From: an uncultured bacterium
GTDB taxonomy: Bacteria > Patescibacteriota > Minisyncoccia > UBA6257 > GWB1-50-10
Direction: 5' to 3'
Assembly: GCA_963768835.1 (NCBI GenBank)
Contig: CAVYJB010000002.1
Coordinates: 72,230 to 136,229 of the forward strand
Length of the DNA: 64,000 nt
In this document: in pieces, positions 47,572 through 56,928 of the stretch
Layout: every line of letters starts with the position of its first letter
Position numbering within the stretch: the stretch's first letter is position 1
Made by a program: the position numbers and the translations under genes
The notes under the pieces: model-generated
Database searches by the model: none
What the model was told of the DNA's origin: nothing
What the model saw: only the letters and a program-made list of their open reading frames with translations

Positions 47572-50070
47572 CTAGTGGTAGACGATAAACGAAGCAGAGG
47601 ACTGATTTCCATTTAGGTCGGTGACCCTAATCTCAAACTGGTTTTGTGGCGCAAGCCCAAGTTGTGCGTTGTATTGGTAGTGGTAGGAAGTCCCGTTAAT
47701 CGCAAAGGCATTTATAAGGCCCCCGTTGAAATAAAGCTCTAACCGCTCAAGCCCTCTTGGTGAGGCGATGTCGGCATTGATTGTGAACGGGGATGACACG
47801 AAAGAGCCATTTCCTGGAGTAATATTGGTGATTGTGGTACTAGAGGAAGGAGAAGCAATCGGCGCGGTGCCAGAAGCAGAACCAGCCGAAACCGCTCCCG
47901 GGGGAATTGGTTGGTTGTAAGAGCTGAAGTTTGGGATGTTTGATTTTCCCCAATCAAGAACAGCGCTCTCCCAGTTTTTAAACTGCGGATCACTTGTCGG
48001 GTCCTGTGGCGCTGGTCCCAATGGATCGCTCGGGTTCACGTAATATAAAATCGAATGGAATTGTGGATAAGACACGCCGTTTAGGGTTGGGGTAGAAACC
48101 GCTTCGCCGTTCAGCATGGGTTTGTTGGGAAGAGAAATGGGATCGGGGCGTGTAAATGTGTCGGGAGGATAGAGGGGAAGCGCCGCTTTAAGAAAAGCGC
48201 TCCAGATGGGGATTGCGGCAAGGATACTCGAGCCTTGCCGTATCATGGGTGTATTGTCGTTATTTCCTGCCCATACCCCGACGGTCAATGAAGGTGTGTA
48301 GCCGAACGCCCACGCATCCCTGTGGTCCTCCGTTGTCCCTGTTTTTAAAGCCACCTCATGATCCGGAAACACCGTAAGAGGAAGAGTGTTTCCAAAAATA
48401 GGTTCTCGTAGCTGGGGATCCGAAAGGATCTGGGTTACGAGACGAGGATTCTGCGGATCAGCAACACGCGACGAGTTATCGTGGTATTGTTCGAGAGTGT
48501 TGCCGTCGCTGTCTGTGACGCTTAAAACCATCGACTGGTCGTGACGAACACCTTCTTGTGAGAGCGTGGAGTAGGCGTTCAAAAGATCGATGAGTTTAAT
48601 CTCGCCGCCCCCGAGCGTCAACGAGAGGCCGTACCGCCAACGCTCATTCAGTGTGGTGATACCAAAAGAATGAAGGTTGTTTAAAACATCATCAAATCCA
48701 GCAAGGTATAAAACCTGGACGGCGGGGATATTAAGAGATTGAGCAAGGGCGTTTTCGAGATGAACAGGTCCCCGCACCTGATTGTCGAAATCCGCCGGCC
48801 GGTAGCTTTTGGTTGGATCGTCGGCGTTGCGGGAATCAAACTCGATAGACACGTCGTCTACAACCGTTTTAGGAGAATATCCTTTCTGGAATGCGGTCAT
48901 GTAAACAAAGGGTTTTAGGGCAGAGCCGGGTTGTCGGAGGCCTTGGGTGACAACATCGAAGTTCCCCCCGTTTTGGACATCGAAGTAGTCCCTAGATCCC
49001 ACAAGAGCCAAAATCTGACCCGTCTGAGGATCCTGAACAGCCATCGCAGCATTCTTCGCGCCATAGGTTTGTTGGTTGTTTGCGCTTCCTTCTTCCACCG
49101 CCTTCTCTGCGATCTGCTGGAGTCCCCAGTCGAGTGTTGTGATAACCTTTAACCCCCCATTTTCGACGAGGGTGTCGCCATAACGGCTAGTAAGATAGTC
49201 TTTCACGGCGAGCGAAAAATGCGGGGCTTTAATAAGGCCGAGAGAGGGCGGGGCAAATTTAAGAACTTGTTGTTTCGCGGCATCGTGGTCTGCCTTTGAG
49301 ATAAAACCAAGTTCCAACATATGGTCGAGAACAGAATCTTTCCTGGCTAGCAGATCTGAGACGTGGTCGCCCCACGGCGAGTAATAACTTCCCTTGGGAA
49401 GGCTCGCTAGAGTGGCGGCTTCCGCGAGCGTAATATCTTTCACTGATTTTCCAAAAAAGGTCTGGCTAGCCGCTTCGATACCATAGGCGTTCGATCCATA
49501 AGGTATCTCATTGAGATAGAAAGCGAGAATCTGATCTTTGGTGTAATGCGTCTCGAGCTCGACGGCGAGCGCCAACTCTTTTAACTTTCGATCAAACGTA
49601 CGTTCGTCTGAAAGAAAAACATTCTTCACAAGCTGTTGGCTGATAGTTGAGCCACCTTGGGTAATTTGGCCCTGCTTTATATCCACAAAAAGCGCCCGAA
49701 CAATCCCTTTCCAATCAAAAGCAGGCTCTTGATAAAAGCTCGCGTCTTCGGCGGCAAGAGTCGCCTGTTTTACAATGGTTGGAATTTCATCGAAAGAGAC
49801 AATGGTTCGTTTTTGCTCCCCATGAATTTCATAAAGAAGAACCTGCCCCGTCCGGTCATAGATTTTAGTAGATTGGCTAATTTGCTGGTTGCCGATCTGG
49901 TCCGGAGAGGGGAGACCACGAAGAACAATCGCAAGATAAATAATAATGGCGGCGATGAGTGTCAATACGCCGAGGAAAAAGAAAACCGCCACGCGAGCCA
50001 GGGTGCGACGCTTAGATGGCAAGCGAGGGTGCGCCCCGCGGTTATGCGGTGTTCGAAGTCGATGGAACAT
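47572..50070 (-). CDS. Class A penicillin-binding protein with C-terminal Ig-like domain
   Basis: AAED, QGGSTISQQLVKN, RKLKE, RQPGSALKPF, SLN and KTGT motifs. Start placed 7 nt after a TATCAT -10 box. Confidence 0.92.
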   Translation of the reverse strand: MFHRLRTPHNRGAHPRLPSKRRTLARVAVFFFLGVLTLIAAIIIYLAIVLRGLPSPDQIGNQQISQSTKIYDRTGQVLLYEIHGEQKRTIVSFDEIPTIVKQATLAAEDASFYQEPAFDWKGIVRALFVDIKQGQITQGGSTISQQLVKNVFLSDERTFDRKLKELALAVELETHYTKDQILAFYLNEIPYGSNAYGIEAASQTFFGKSVKDITLAEAATLASLPKGSYYSPWGDHVSDLLARKDSVLDHMLELGFISKADHDAAKQQVLKFAPPSLGLIKAPHFSLAVKDYLTSRYGDTLVENGGLKVITTLDWGLQQIAEKAVEEGSANNQQTYGAKNAAMAVQDPQTGQILALVGSRDYFDVQNGGNFDVVTQGLRQPGSALKPFVYMTAFQKGYSPKTVVDDVSIEFDSRNADDPTKSYRPADFDNQVRGPVHLENALAQSLNIPAVQVLYLAGFDDVLNNLHSFGITTLNERWRYGLSLTLGGGEIKLIDLLNAYSTLSQEGVRHDQSMVLSVTDSDGNTLEQYHDNSSRVADPQNPRLVTQILSDPQLREPIFGNTLPLTVFPDHEVALKTGTTEDHRDAWAFGYTPSLTVGVWAGNNDNTPMIRQGSSILAAIPIWSAFLKAALPLYPPDTFTRPDPISLPNKPMLNGEAVSTPTLNGVSYPQFHSILYYVNPSDPLGPAPQDPTSDPQFKNWESAVLDWGKSNIPNFSSYNQPIPPGAVSAGSASGTAPIASPSSSTTITNITPGNGSFVSSPFTINADIASPRGLERLELYFNGGLINAFAINGTSYHYQYNAQLGLAPQNQFEIRVTDLNGNQSSASFIVYH

Positions 50071-50134
50071 CTGTATCATGATAAAACCCCGCGAGGTAGC
50101 ACGCAAACTACTCTCGCGGGGTCTTGAATCGACT

Positions 50135-50320
50135 CTACCACTCTTCTCCTTCTTCCTCTTCAGGGAGCGGCGCTTCTACCTCAAGAGGGAGTTCTTCCTC
50201 ACCATCCCCGACGGCGGGCCCAACCTCCTCTTCTGGTGAAGGAGATGCGGGGACGCTGATGTCTGGATCAAGGGTTTGGTCGTCGTCGTGCACTTTCGCC
50301 AGTGTCACCGTGTTCAGCAT
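50135..50320 (-). CDS. Small acidic hypothetical protein
   Basis: 61-aa Glu/Pro-rich ORF followed by a hairpin at about 50084-50122. Confidence 0.5.
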   Translation of the reverse strand: MLNTVTLAKVHDDDQTLDPDISVPASPSPEEEVGPAVGDGEEELPLEVEAPLPEEEEGEEW

Positions 50321-50398
50321 AATATGTCAACGTGGAACGACCTTTCGTTGGTACTACGCGCTGCCAATGGGAACAGTATACGGGACGAAGTGAGCTTG

Positions 50399-50884
50399 TC
50401 AATGCACAGGAGATTCCCCCAACTGGTGGCTCGAAGCCGCGATAGCTATCGCGAGTGCGTCGGTAACATCGTCGAGTGTGCGGCTAGGGGTAACACCAAG
50501 GAGACGAAAGACCATGGTCGCGACACTTGTTTTTGTGGCACTGCCGTAACCAGTGACCGCCACCTTCACTTCGCCTGGTGTAAGCTCAACAAGGGGAATC
50601 CCAAGCCGGGCGGTGCACGCAAGGAGAACGCCGCGCGCTTCTGCAACCTCAATGCCCGTTCGTTGGTTTTTGGTGAAAAAGAGGCGCTCAATCCCTACGC
50701 GTTCCGGCTCCATCTCTCGTATAAGCGTCTCCAAGCTCTTCTCGAGAGTCACGAGTCGCTTGGGTAGGCCACCCTCCGAAACAGCCAAAAGACCGCTCCG
50801 GAGATGTTCTAGATGATTACCATTCGTTTTAATGAAGCCATATCCCACCCGCGTGCTCCCCGGATCGATGCCTAAGACTATCAT
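50399..50884 (-). CDS. ruvC: Holliday junction resolvase RuvC
   Basis: LGIDPGS, IERLFF, EARGV and DDVTDALAIA motifs. Confidence 0.95.
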   Translation of the reverse strand: MIVLGIDPGSTRVGYGFIKTNGNHLEHLRSGLLAVSEGGLPKRLVTLEKSLETLIREMEPERVGIERLFFTKNQRTGIEVAEARGVLLACTARLGIPLVELTPGEVKVAVTGYGSATKTSVATMVFRLLGVTPSRTLDDVTDALAIAIAASSHQLGESPVH

Positions 50885-51420
50885 CGTGCAGATTGGATTA
50901 TGTTCGTCACAACCAAGACAACGTCATCGTGGTCGCTAAGGGCCTTAAGGAGCGTTTCGAGTTTAGGGCGTTCCTCGGGGCTTAACGCCTGGGGAAATTT
51001 GGGGGTGAAGCCCGACAAACTCTCTTCAAAAGCCCAACGTACGCTCCCTGGATCTGCCCATTTTCCTCCGTGCTCCTTCAGCAATATCTTAATTTCCATG
51101 ATTGTTCTGTTTTTGCTGTCGGTAACACCCTTGAGGATAATGGCGGTACCACCTGGCCCATAAGCTTCACACACAACTTCTTCTAGGTTCCGATCTTCTG
51201 CCGAGGCCCGATGGACCGCGCGCTCAACGGTGTCGGAAGCTACTCCCGCATCTCTGGCGTCCTGTACGGCGCTCCGGAGACGGGGATTGAAATCAGGATT
51301 CGGTTCGTTCTTGGCGGCTATCGTAACGGAACGGAGAAGTTTAGAAAAAAGGGCGCCACGTTTTTTATCCGTTGACCCCTTCTGTTCCTTGATCTGTTTC
51401 CAGTGGCTGTGTCCGGACAT
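50881..51420 (-). CDS. yebC: YebC/PmpR family protein (short form)
   Basis: MSGHSHWKQIK, NPRLR and EAYGPGG motifs. Confidence 0.92.
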   Translation of the reverse strand: MSGHSHWKQIKEQKGSTDKKRGALFSKLLRSVTIAAKNEPNPDFNPRLRSAVQDARDAGVASDTVERAVHRASAEDRNLEEVVCEAYGPGGTAIILKGVTDSKNRTIMEIKILLKEHGGKWADPGSVRWAFEESLSGFTPKFPQALSPEERPKLETLLKALSDHDDVVLVVTNIIQSAR

Positions 51421-51432
51421 AGAACGAAGAGC

Positions 51433-52767
51433 TCACACCGCAGGAGCGAGGGGGTTGATGGAGGATGGCCGAAGCGGAAGAGTAAACCAGAAAGAGCTTC
51501 CTCGGTTTTGCACCGATTCGAACCCAACCTCGCCGCCATGCTGTTCGATAATATTCTTTGTGATGTAAAGACCGAGGCCGCTTCCATTCGGCTCAAGCGC
51601 AACAGCATTAGAGCCGCGGTGAAGTTTTTGGAAGAGCGCCTTTTCATCCTCAGGTGGGACGCCCACCCCCGTATCCTCGACAGTAACCTTTACATACGGT
51701 TGCGTAGGAAGGGTGGTCAACGAAACCACCACCTTACCGTTTTTGGTGTTGTATTTAATCGCGTTATCAACAAGGTTTAAGAGGGCGGTTGAGATGCGGG
51801 CTGGATCGATGCGAACCGCAACCACGGGTTCTGCAGGCGGTTCCAGATAGACATTCACGCCATATTGTTTTGCAATCGGCGCGATGCTCGCGAGGACGCT
51901 TTCTAAAAGCTCAACAAGGTTCGTCTCCACGTACGCATAACCGAACTTTCCCTCCTCAATCTTCGAGGCGTCCAAGAGATCGTTGGTGATCTTGAGAGAG
52001 CGTTGAGCTAATTGATAAGTTTCCTCCACAAGACCATGGATCTCCACCGGGGAATGTTCGGTAAGCTTCTGGAGACTTTCTAGCGACCACCCGATGGCCG
52101 TGAGAGGCGTGCGGAGTTGGTGAGCCGCGACGCCTATAAAGTCATTTTTCTGAGAAAGAAGCTGCTTTTCCCGCGTAAGGTCCTTTACGAGACGGAGAAA
52201 CCCAATGGGTGCCCCGTGGTTGTCTACAAGTCGATGGAGGGTTGTCCGGAGCTCGAGGTTGGGCGCTTCCAGCGAAAGGTCGATGACCTGCGGCCATGTA
52301 TTGGAGCCCGACACTTCGGTCATCGCAGAGGCAAGCGATGGATAAATAACCTGCGCGAGAATGCGGAAATGCGGATTCTTCACCATCCCAGGGTCGATGC
52401 GGCGCCCCAAAACCTCACTGGCTGCGATTTTAAAAATCTCTTCTGCTGTCCGGTTAAAAGTAAGGATCTTAAATGTCGGGTCGTAGAGGATAACGCCGTC
52501 AGGGAGGTAGTTAATTAAAGAGGAAAATTCCTGATCGCTTAATTGACGGTCAACCCGGAGGCGAATAAGCTCAGTCGTGTTCTTTAGCTTCACCACTCCG
52601 AGGCCAATAAGAACAAGAAGGGACAGGAACCAGAGCGAAAAAGGAGCGAAAACAATATTGATGACGAGGGGCACGCTTGCGAAAAGCAAGAACGCGAGAA
52701 GTCCGATAATCTCGGTTCGCCGCAAGTACATCCGGAGCGTCTGGCTGATATAGCGAAGCGCATTCAT
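51433..52767 (-). CDS. Orphan PAS-domain sensor histidine kinase
   Basis: Two TM helices, PAS domain, AAHQLRTPL H-box, NLVDNAIKY, DTGVG and GSGLGL motifs. Confidence 0.92.
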   Translation of the reverse strand: MNALRYISQTLRMYLRRTEIIGLLAFLLFASVPLVINIVFAPFSLWFLSLLVLIGLGVVKLKNTTELIRLRVDRQLSDQEFSSLINYLPDGVILYDPTFKILTFNRTAEEIFKIAASEVLGRRIDPGMVKNPHFRILAQVIYPSLASAMTEVSGSNTWPQVIDLSLEAPNLELRTTLHRLVDNHGAPIGFLRLVKDLTREKQLLSQKNDFIGVAAHQLRTPLTAIGWSLESLQKLTEHSPVEIHGLVEETYQLAQRSLKITNDLLDASKIEEGKFGYAYVETNLVELLESVLASIAPIAKQYGVNVYLEPPAEPVVAVRIDPARISTALLNLVDNAIKYNTKNGKVVVSLTTLPTQPYVKVTVEDTGVGVPPEDEKALFQKLHRGSNAVALEPNGSGLGLYITKNIIEQHGGEVGFESVQNRGSSFWFTLPLRPSSINPLAPAV

Positions 52768-52774
52768 GGGTTTG

Positions 52775-55264
52775 TTAGCGAGGAAAGGGAACCATCGACC
52801 CCCAATCAGCACCAGATTTAGTTTCTGTGAGTAATGGCACCGCGAGCGGGAGGATGTTTTCCGCAATTTCCTTCAGAAGACTCGCTATATTTGTAAGAAT
52901 AGCATCGCGGACCTCGAAGAGCAATTCGTCGTGGATAGAAAGAACCAAACGTGCGTCTGTTCCAAACCACCCACGTTCCTTAAGCAATGCGCAACTCCGA
53001 ACCATCGCGGATTTTAAAATATCAGCGCCAAGGCTTTGGAGCGGCATATTAACAGCGGCTCTCTCCACCTCGCTTTCATATCGAGGAGTACTTGATTTAA
53101 GAAACCATCGGCGACGGCCGTTCTGATTCCGGACATAACCAAAAGTGCGAGCCTCAGCTCTCACCCGCTCCTGCCAATCGTAGATCCCTGGAAAGTTATG
53201 GTGATACTCTCGAATGAACTTACTAGCGTCTGCGAGTGTTACACCGCTAGCTTTCGCAAATGAGCGCGGGCCCATACCGTACACGACGCCAAAGTTAAGC
53301 GTCTTCGCGGTGCGACGCATTGCAGGAGTCACAGCGTTAGGATTCACGCCGAAAATTTTCTCCGCCGTCAGGCGATGAATGTCCTCACCCGCATGGAAAG
53401 CCGCGCAAAGATTTTTATCTCCTGACGCATGGGCGAGAAGACGTAGCTCCAGTTGCGAGTAGTCGAGAGACAAAAACGAATATCCTGGAGCTGCGACAAA
53501 AGCCCGCCGGAGTTCACTGGACCATTTAGACTCCTGTGGAATGTTTTGTAGATTTGGGTTCTGCGAAGAGAGGCGCCCCGTGGCGGCGCCGGTCTGATCG
53601 AATTGCGTACGAACCCGTCCGTCTGATTCGACCGCCGCGAGGAGGGGGAGCACAAAGCCCGATCGGATTTTGAAGTCCTCCCGGTAGATCAAGATTTGTC
53701 CTACGATGGGATGTGCTCCCTGGAGCTCTTCGAGGACGTCTCGGTTCATACGAACCTGGCCAGTGGCGGTTTTTCGCTTTCTAGACGGGATAATTTTCAG
53801 TCGTTCGAAAAGAACCTCACCCACCTGACGGGGGGAATTGAGGTTGAACGGGCCCCCCGCAGACCGGTAAATATCCTCCGTAAGTTCCTTAAGCTCCGCG
53901 TCAATAGCACGGGAGAGCTCCTCGAGGGTTTTTGTGCGGACACCGATACCCCATCGCTCCATCGCCACGAGGACGCGGACCAAAGGCATCTCAATGGTTT
54001 CAAAAATGCCCCGGAGGTCATACTCGGTCAGTTTGGAATCCAAGAAGCGGAAAAGGTCCCGCAAAAAGTCTTCGGAGGCGCTGTCATTGTCGATTGCTGG
54101 GATAGAGCGTTTCAAAAATCGTTTTCCAAGAGCAGCCGGCGTAAATTCAGTGTTGTCGGAATCCACAAGCCACCCCGCTATGGAGAGGTCAAAAAGTGGA
54201 TCCCGTACCTCCAGGTTTTCTTTTGCTAAATCCTTCAAGATCGATTTCCAGTTCGGAGCGACCTTCAGGGTTGAGGAGGACGCGATGTCGGGATGGCTCC
54301 GCACAAAAGCGCCCGATGTAACAATAGCTATATCTTTCCTTTCTTTCTGTTGGGACACGGCCGTTTCTGCGGTAAGAAAAGGAAGTTCGCCCGGAGAGGG
54401 AGAGGTGGTCCACTTTAGTTGCTTCAAGATGCGATCGAATCCAAGTTCTTGAAAATAAGGCTCGAGCGATGAGCGGTCGAGGTCGGAGGATACAATGCTT
54501 TCAAGGTCCACATCCACGGGCGCGTCCGTGCGGATCGTGCCAAGTCTTTTCGAAAGCAATGCCATCTCGCGTTCAGCGAGGATCTTTTTCGAAGCAGCGT
54601 CCGTTGGTTCCAGCCCTTTCAAAAGCAACCCAAGGGTTCCTGCTTCTTTTAGTAGTTTTGCCGCAGTCTTCGGCCCAATTCCTTTCACGCCCGGTATGTT
54701 GTCGGAGGTGTCACCCACAAGCCCCTTATAGTCCGGGATCTGGCGCGGCGAGAGCCCGTAACGCGCGATGACAGCCGCCTCGTTGTAAGTTACTATCCCT
54801 TCGCCTTTCCGAGGAGTTTCGACAACCACATGGTCGTCTTCCACGAGTTGGACGGCGTCGAGATCTCCCGTGAGGATAACAATCCTCAGCCCCTCCTGGT
54901 TCCGGAGCTTCGCGACAAAGGTCCCTATAACATCATCCGCTTCATACCCTGGAGCCGAGAAGGTGCGAATACCGAGCCGCTCGAATATTTCAGGGGCTCT
55001 CACGAGCTGAGGAACCAGTTCATCTGCGGTTGGTGGACGATGGGCCTTATACTCTGCAAATTCTTTTTTTCGTAATGTAGGTTCTTTTCTGTCGAATGCC
55101 GCCGCGACATAAGAGGGTTTTTTCTCGCGGAGAGTTTTTAAAAGCGCGGACGTAAGTCCGAAGAGCGCCCCCGTAGGTTCCCCCAGACGAGAGGTGAGCG
55201 GGGGAAGTGCGTGAAACGAACGGTGGACGAGAGAGTTTGCGTCGATGAGAAGGAGCGTTTTCAT
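52775..55264 (-). CDS. polA: DNA polymerase I
   Basis: 5'-3' exonuclease (EADDVIG, GDTSDNIPGV), TGRLSSQNPNLQNIP, DYSQLELR and IHDELL motifs. Confidence 0.96.
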   Translation of the reverse strand: MKTLLLIDANSLVHRSFHALPPLTSRLGEPTGALFGLTSALLKTLREKKPSYVAAAFDRKEPTLRKKEFAEYKAHRPPTADELVPQLVRAPEIFERLGIRTFSAPGYEADDVIGTFVAKLRNQEGLRIVILTGDLDAVQLVEDDHVVVETPRKGEGIVTYNEAAVIARYGLSPRQIPDYKGLVGDTSDNIPGVKGIGPKTAAKLLKEAGTLGLLLKGLEPTDAASKKILAEREMALLSKRLGTIRTDAPVDVDLESIVSSDLDRSSLEPYFQELGFDRILKQLKWTTSPSPGELPFLTAETAVSQQKERKDIAIVTSGAFVRSHPDIASSSTLKVAPNWKSILKDLAKENLEVRDPLFDLSIAGWLVDSDNTEFTPAALGKRFLKRSIPAIDNDSASEDFLRDLFRFLDSKLTEYDLRGIFETIEMPLVRVLVAMERWGIGVRTKTLEELSRAIDAELKELTEDIYRSAGGPFNLNSPRQVGEVLFERLKIIPSRKRKTATGQVRMNRDVLEELQGAHPIVGQILIYREDFKIRSGFVLPLLAAVESDGRVRTQFDQTGAATGRLSSQNPNLQNIPQESKWSSELRRAFVAAPGYSFLSLDYSQLELRLLAHASGDKNLCAAFHAGEDIHRLTAEKIFGVNPNAVTPAMRRTAKTLNFGVVYGMGPRSFAKASGVTLADASKFIREYHHNFPGIYDWQERVRAEARTFGYVRNQNGRRRWFLKSSTPRYESEVERAAVNMPLQSLGADILKSAMVRSCALLKERGWFGTDARLVLSIHDELLFEVRDAILTNIASLLKEIAENILPLAVPLLTETKSGADWGSMVPFPR

Positions 55265-55707
55265 GTTAATCGTAGAACCCGTTCGTTTGGCTTTCGGCCG
55301 TGCTGGAGACGAATCCAAAGAGTGGAAGCAGGAAGTGCTCGACGGATGTTTGTCGGCCATTCGACGAGAACAATATTTTTCGGGTCCGCTATGACACCCT
55401 TCAAATCAAGTGGGTCGAGTTCGCGCACACAGGAGAGCCGATAGGCGTCTACGTGAAACAATCGGTGATACCGTGTGCTGCGGATACGATAGCCGCGGAA
55501 GATTATGAAAGTGGGACTCGTGATCCTTTTTCGGACACCTAACCCCCGCGCGAATCCTTGCACAAAAGTCGTTTTCCCAGATCCTAAGGTTCCTGATAGC
55601 GCGACAACGAGCGCGCGGGGGTGGCGAAGCTCTGTTTGGAGCAGTTCCTTCGCCAGAAGCGTGGCAAACGCTTGGGTCGTTTTGGGAGAGGAGCTTGCGA
55701 ACTCCAT
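55261..55707 (-). CDS. tsaE: tRNA t6A biosynthesis ATPase TsaE
   Basis: GTLGSGKTTF, ITSPTF, HVDAYRL and VEW motifs. Confidence 0.93.
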   Translation of the reverse strand: MEFASSSPKTTQAFATLLAKELLQTELRHPRALVVALSGTLGSGKTTFVQGFARGLGVRKRITSPTFIIFRGYRIRSTRYHRLFHVDAYRLSCVRELDPLDLKGVIADPKNIVLVEWPTNIRRALPASTLWIRLQHGRKPNERVLRLT

Positions 55708-55718
55708 TTGGCGTGGCG

Positions 55719-56717
55719 CTAAAGAAGCGTTGATTTATCAGGGATCTTTAGGTGCCGGAAGGCCGCTTCGGTTGCTACCCGACCCGAGGAGGTGCGATTC
55801 AAAAAACCTAATTTCATGAGAAAAGGCTCGAAAACATCCTCGACGGTACCAGGCTCTTCATTTAGACCGGCCGCAAGAGTTTTCAGACCCACGGGCCCCC
55901 CGTTGAACTTCCGGATGATAATCTCCAGAAGATGACGATCGGCTTGTTCGAGGCCGAGCTCGTCAATTTCCAGAAGTTCCAGGGTTTTCGTGACTACCTC
56001 ACCGTCAATCGTATTCCGTCGGTTCACTTGGGCATAGTCGCGAGATCGCTTAAGAAGTCGGTTCGCAACACGAGGAGTAAAACGTGAGACGCGAGCTAAA
56101 AGTGCGATGGCGTCAGGCGTTGCCGTGACACCAAGAAGTTTTGCGGAACGCCCAAGGATACGCCCGATATCTTCTACGCTATAGTAATCGAGGCGGAACG
56201 TAGCTCCGAATCTGGAGCGCAACGGCGCCGACAGGAGATTCATTTTCGTAGTCGCCGCGATGATCGTAAAAGGAGGGAGCTCGAGAGAGAAAGTTCTAGC
56301 AGAGGGTCCCTTCCCCACAACGAGATGTAATTTCCGCGACTCCATCGCGGGATAAAGAATCTCTTCAGCAATCTTGTTTATACGATGAACCTCGTCTATG
56401 AATAAAATATCGTGAGGTTCGAGGTTCGATAGAATAGCGGCGACATCCCCCGCCTTCTCGAGCGCGGGTCCTGAGGTCGTACGAAGATTCGCTCCCATCT
56501 CTTTCCCGGTGAGGTAGGCGAGAGTTGTCTTGCCGAGACCCGCCTGCCCGAAGAGAAGAAGATGATCGCACGCTTCGTGGCGTTCGCGCGCCGCATCAAT
56601 AATCAGGCGAAGATTTCGCTTGATCTGGTCCTGCCCCACGTACTCCTCCCACCGGGTGGGGCGCAGCGCGGCATCCCAGTTAACATCAGTTTCTCCCTTA
56701 GAAACCTTGGGTTCCAT
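55719..56717 (-). CDS. ruvB: Holliday junction helicase RuvB
   Basis: LRP...YVGQ, GLGKTTLA, FIDEVHR and LYPAME motifs. Confidence 0.97.
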   Translation of the reverse strand: MEPKVSKGETDVNWDAALRPTRWEEYVGQDQIKRNLRLIIDAARERHEACDHLLLFGQAGLGKTTLAYLTGKEMGANLRTTSGPALEKAGDVAAILSNLEPHDILFIDEVHRINKIAEEILYPAMESRKLHLVVGKGPSARTFSLELPPFTIIAATTKMNLLSAPLRSRFGATFRLDYYSVEDIGRILGRSAKLLGVTATPDAIALLARVSRFTPRVANRLLKRSRDYAQVNRRNTIDGEVVTKTLELLEIDELGLEQADRHLLEIIIRKFNGGPVGLKTLAAGLNEEPGTVEDVFEPFLMKLGFLNRTSSGRVATEAAFRHLKIPDKSTLL

Positions 56718-56721
56718 ACTA

Positions 56722-56750
56722 TTGACAAATATATTTATTTATGCTAGACT
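56722..56750 (+). promoter_or_regulatory. sigma70 promoter for the putative ncRNA
   Basis: TTGACA-17 nt-TAGACT with an extended -10 TG. Confidence 0.75.
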
Positions 56751-56757
56751 GCCACTT

Positions 56758-56926
56758 AGAATCTCAAGCTGAGATCTGTGGGCAACGGATAATCTCCAGA
56801 TTTAGGACCTCTTAGCTTTGGCTTGGAATATCCGCTGGAACTATCCAACCTTTCCTAGTTTTCATTAGGAAACCTCAACGCTCTCCCGGGCGTATTGCCC
56901 ACAGATCTCAGGTCGGGATTCTTTTT
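56758..56926 (+). ncRNA. Unassigned structured ncRNA (~165 nt)
   Basis: Promoter, a perfect 17-bp closing stem, four internal hairpins, G-U pairs that work only on the plus strand, and a U-tract end. Confidence 0.65.
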
Positions 56927-56928
56927 GT

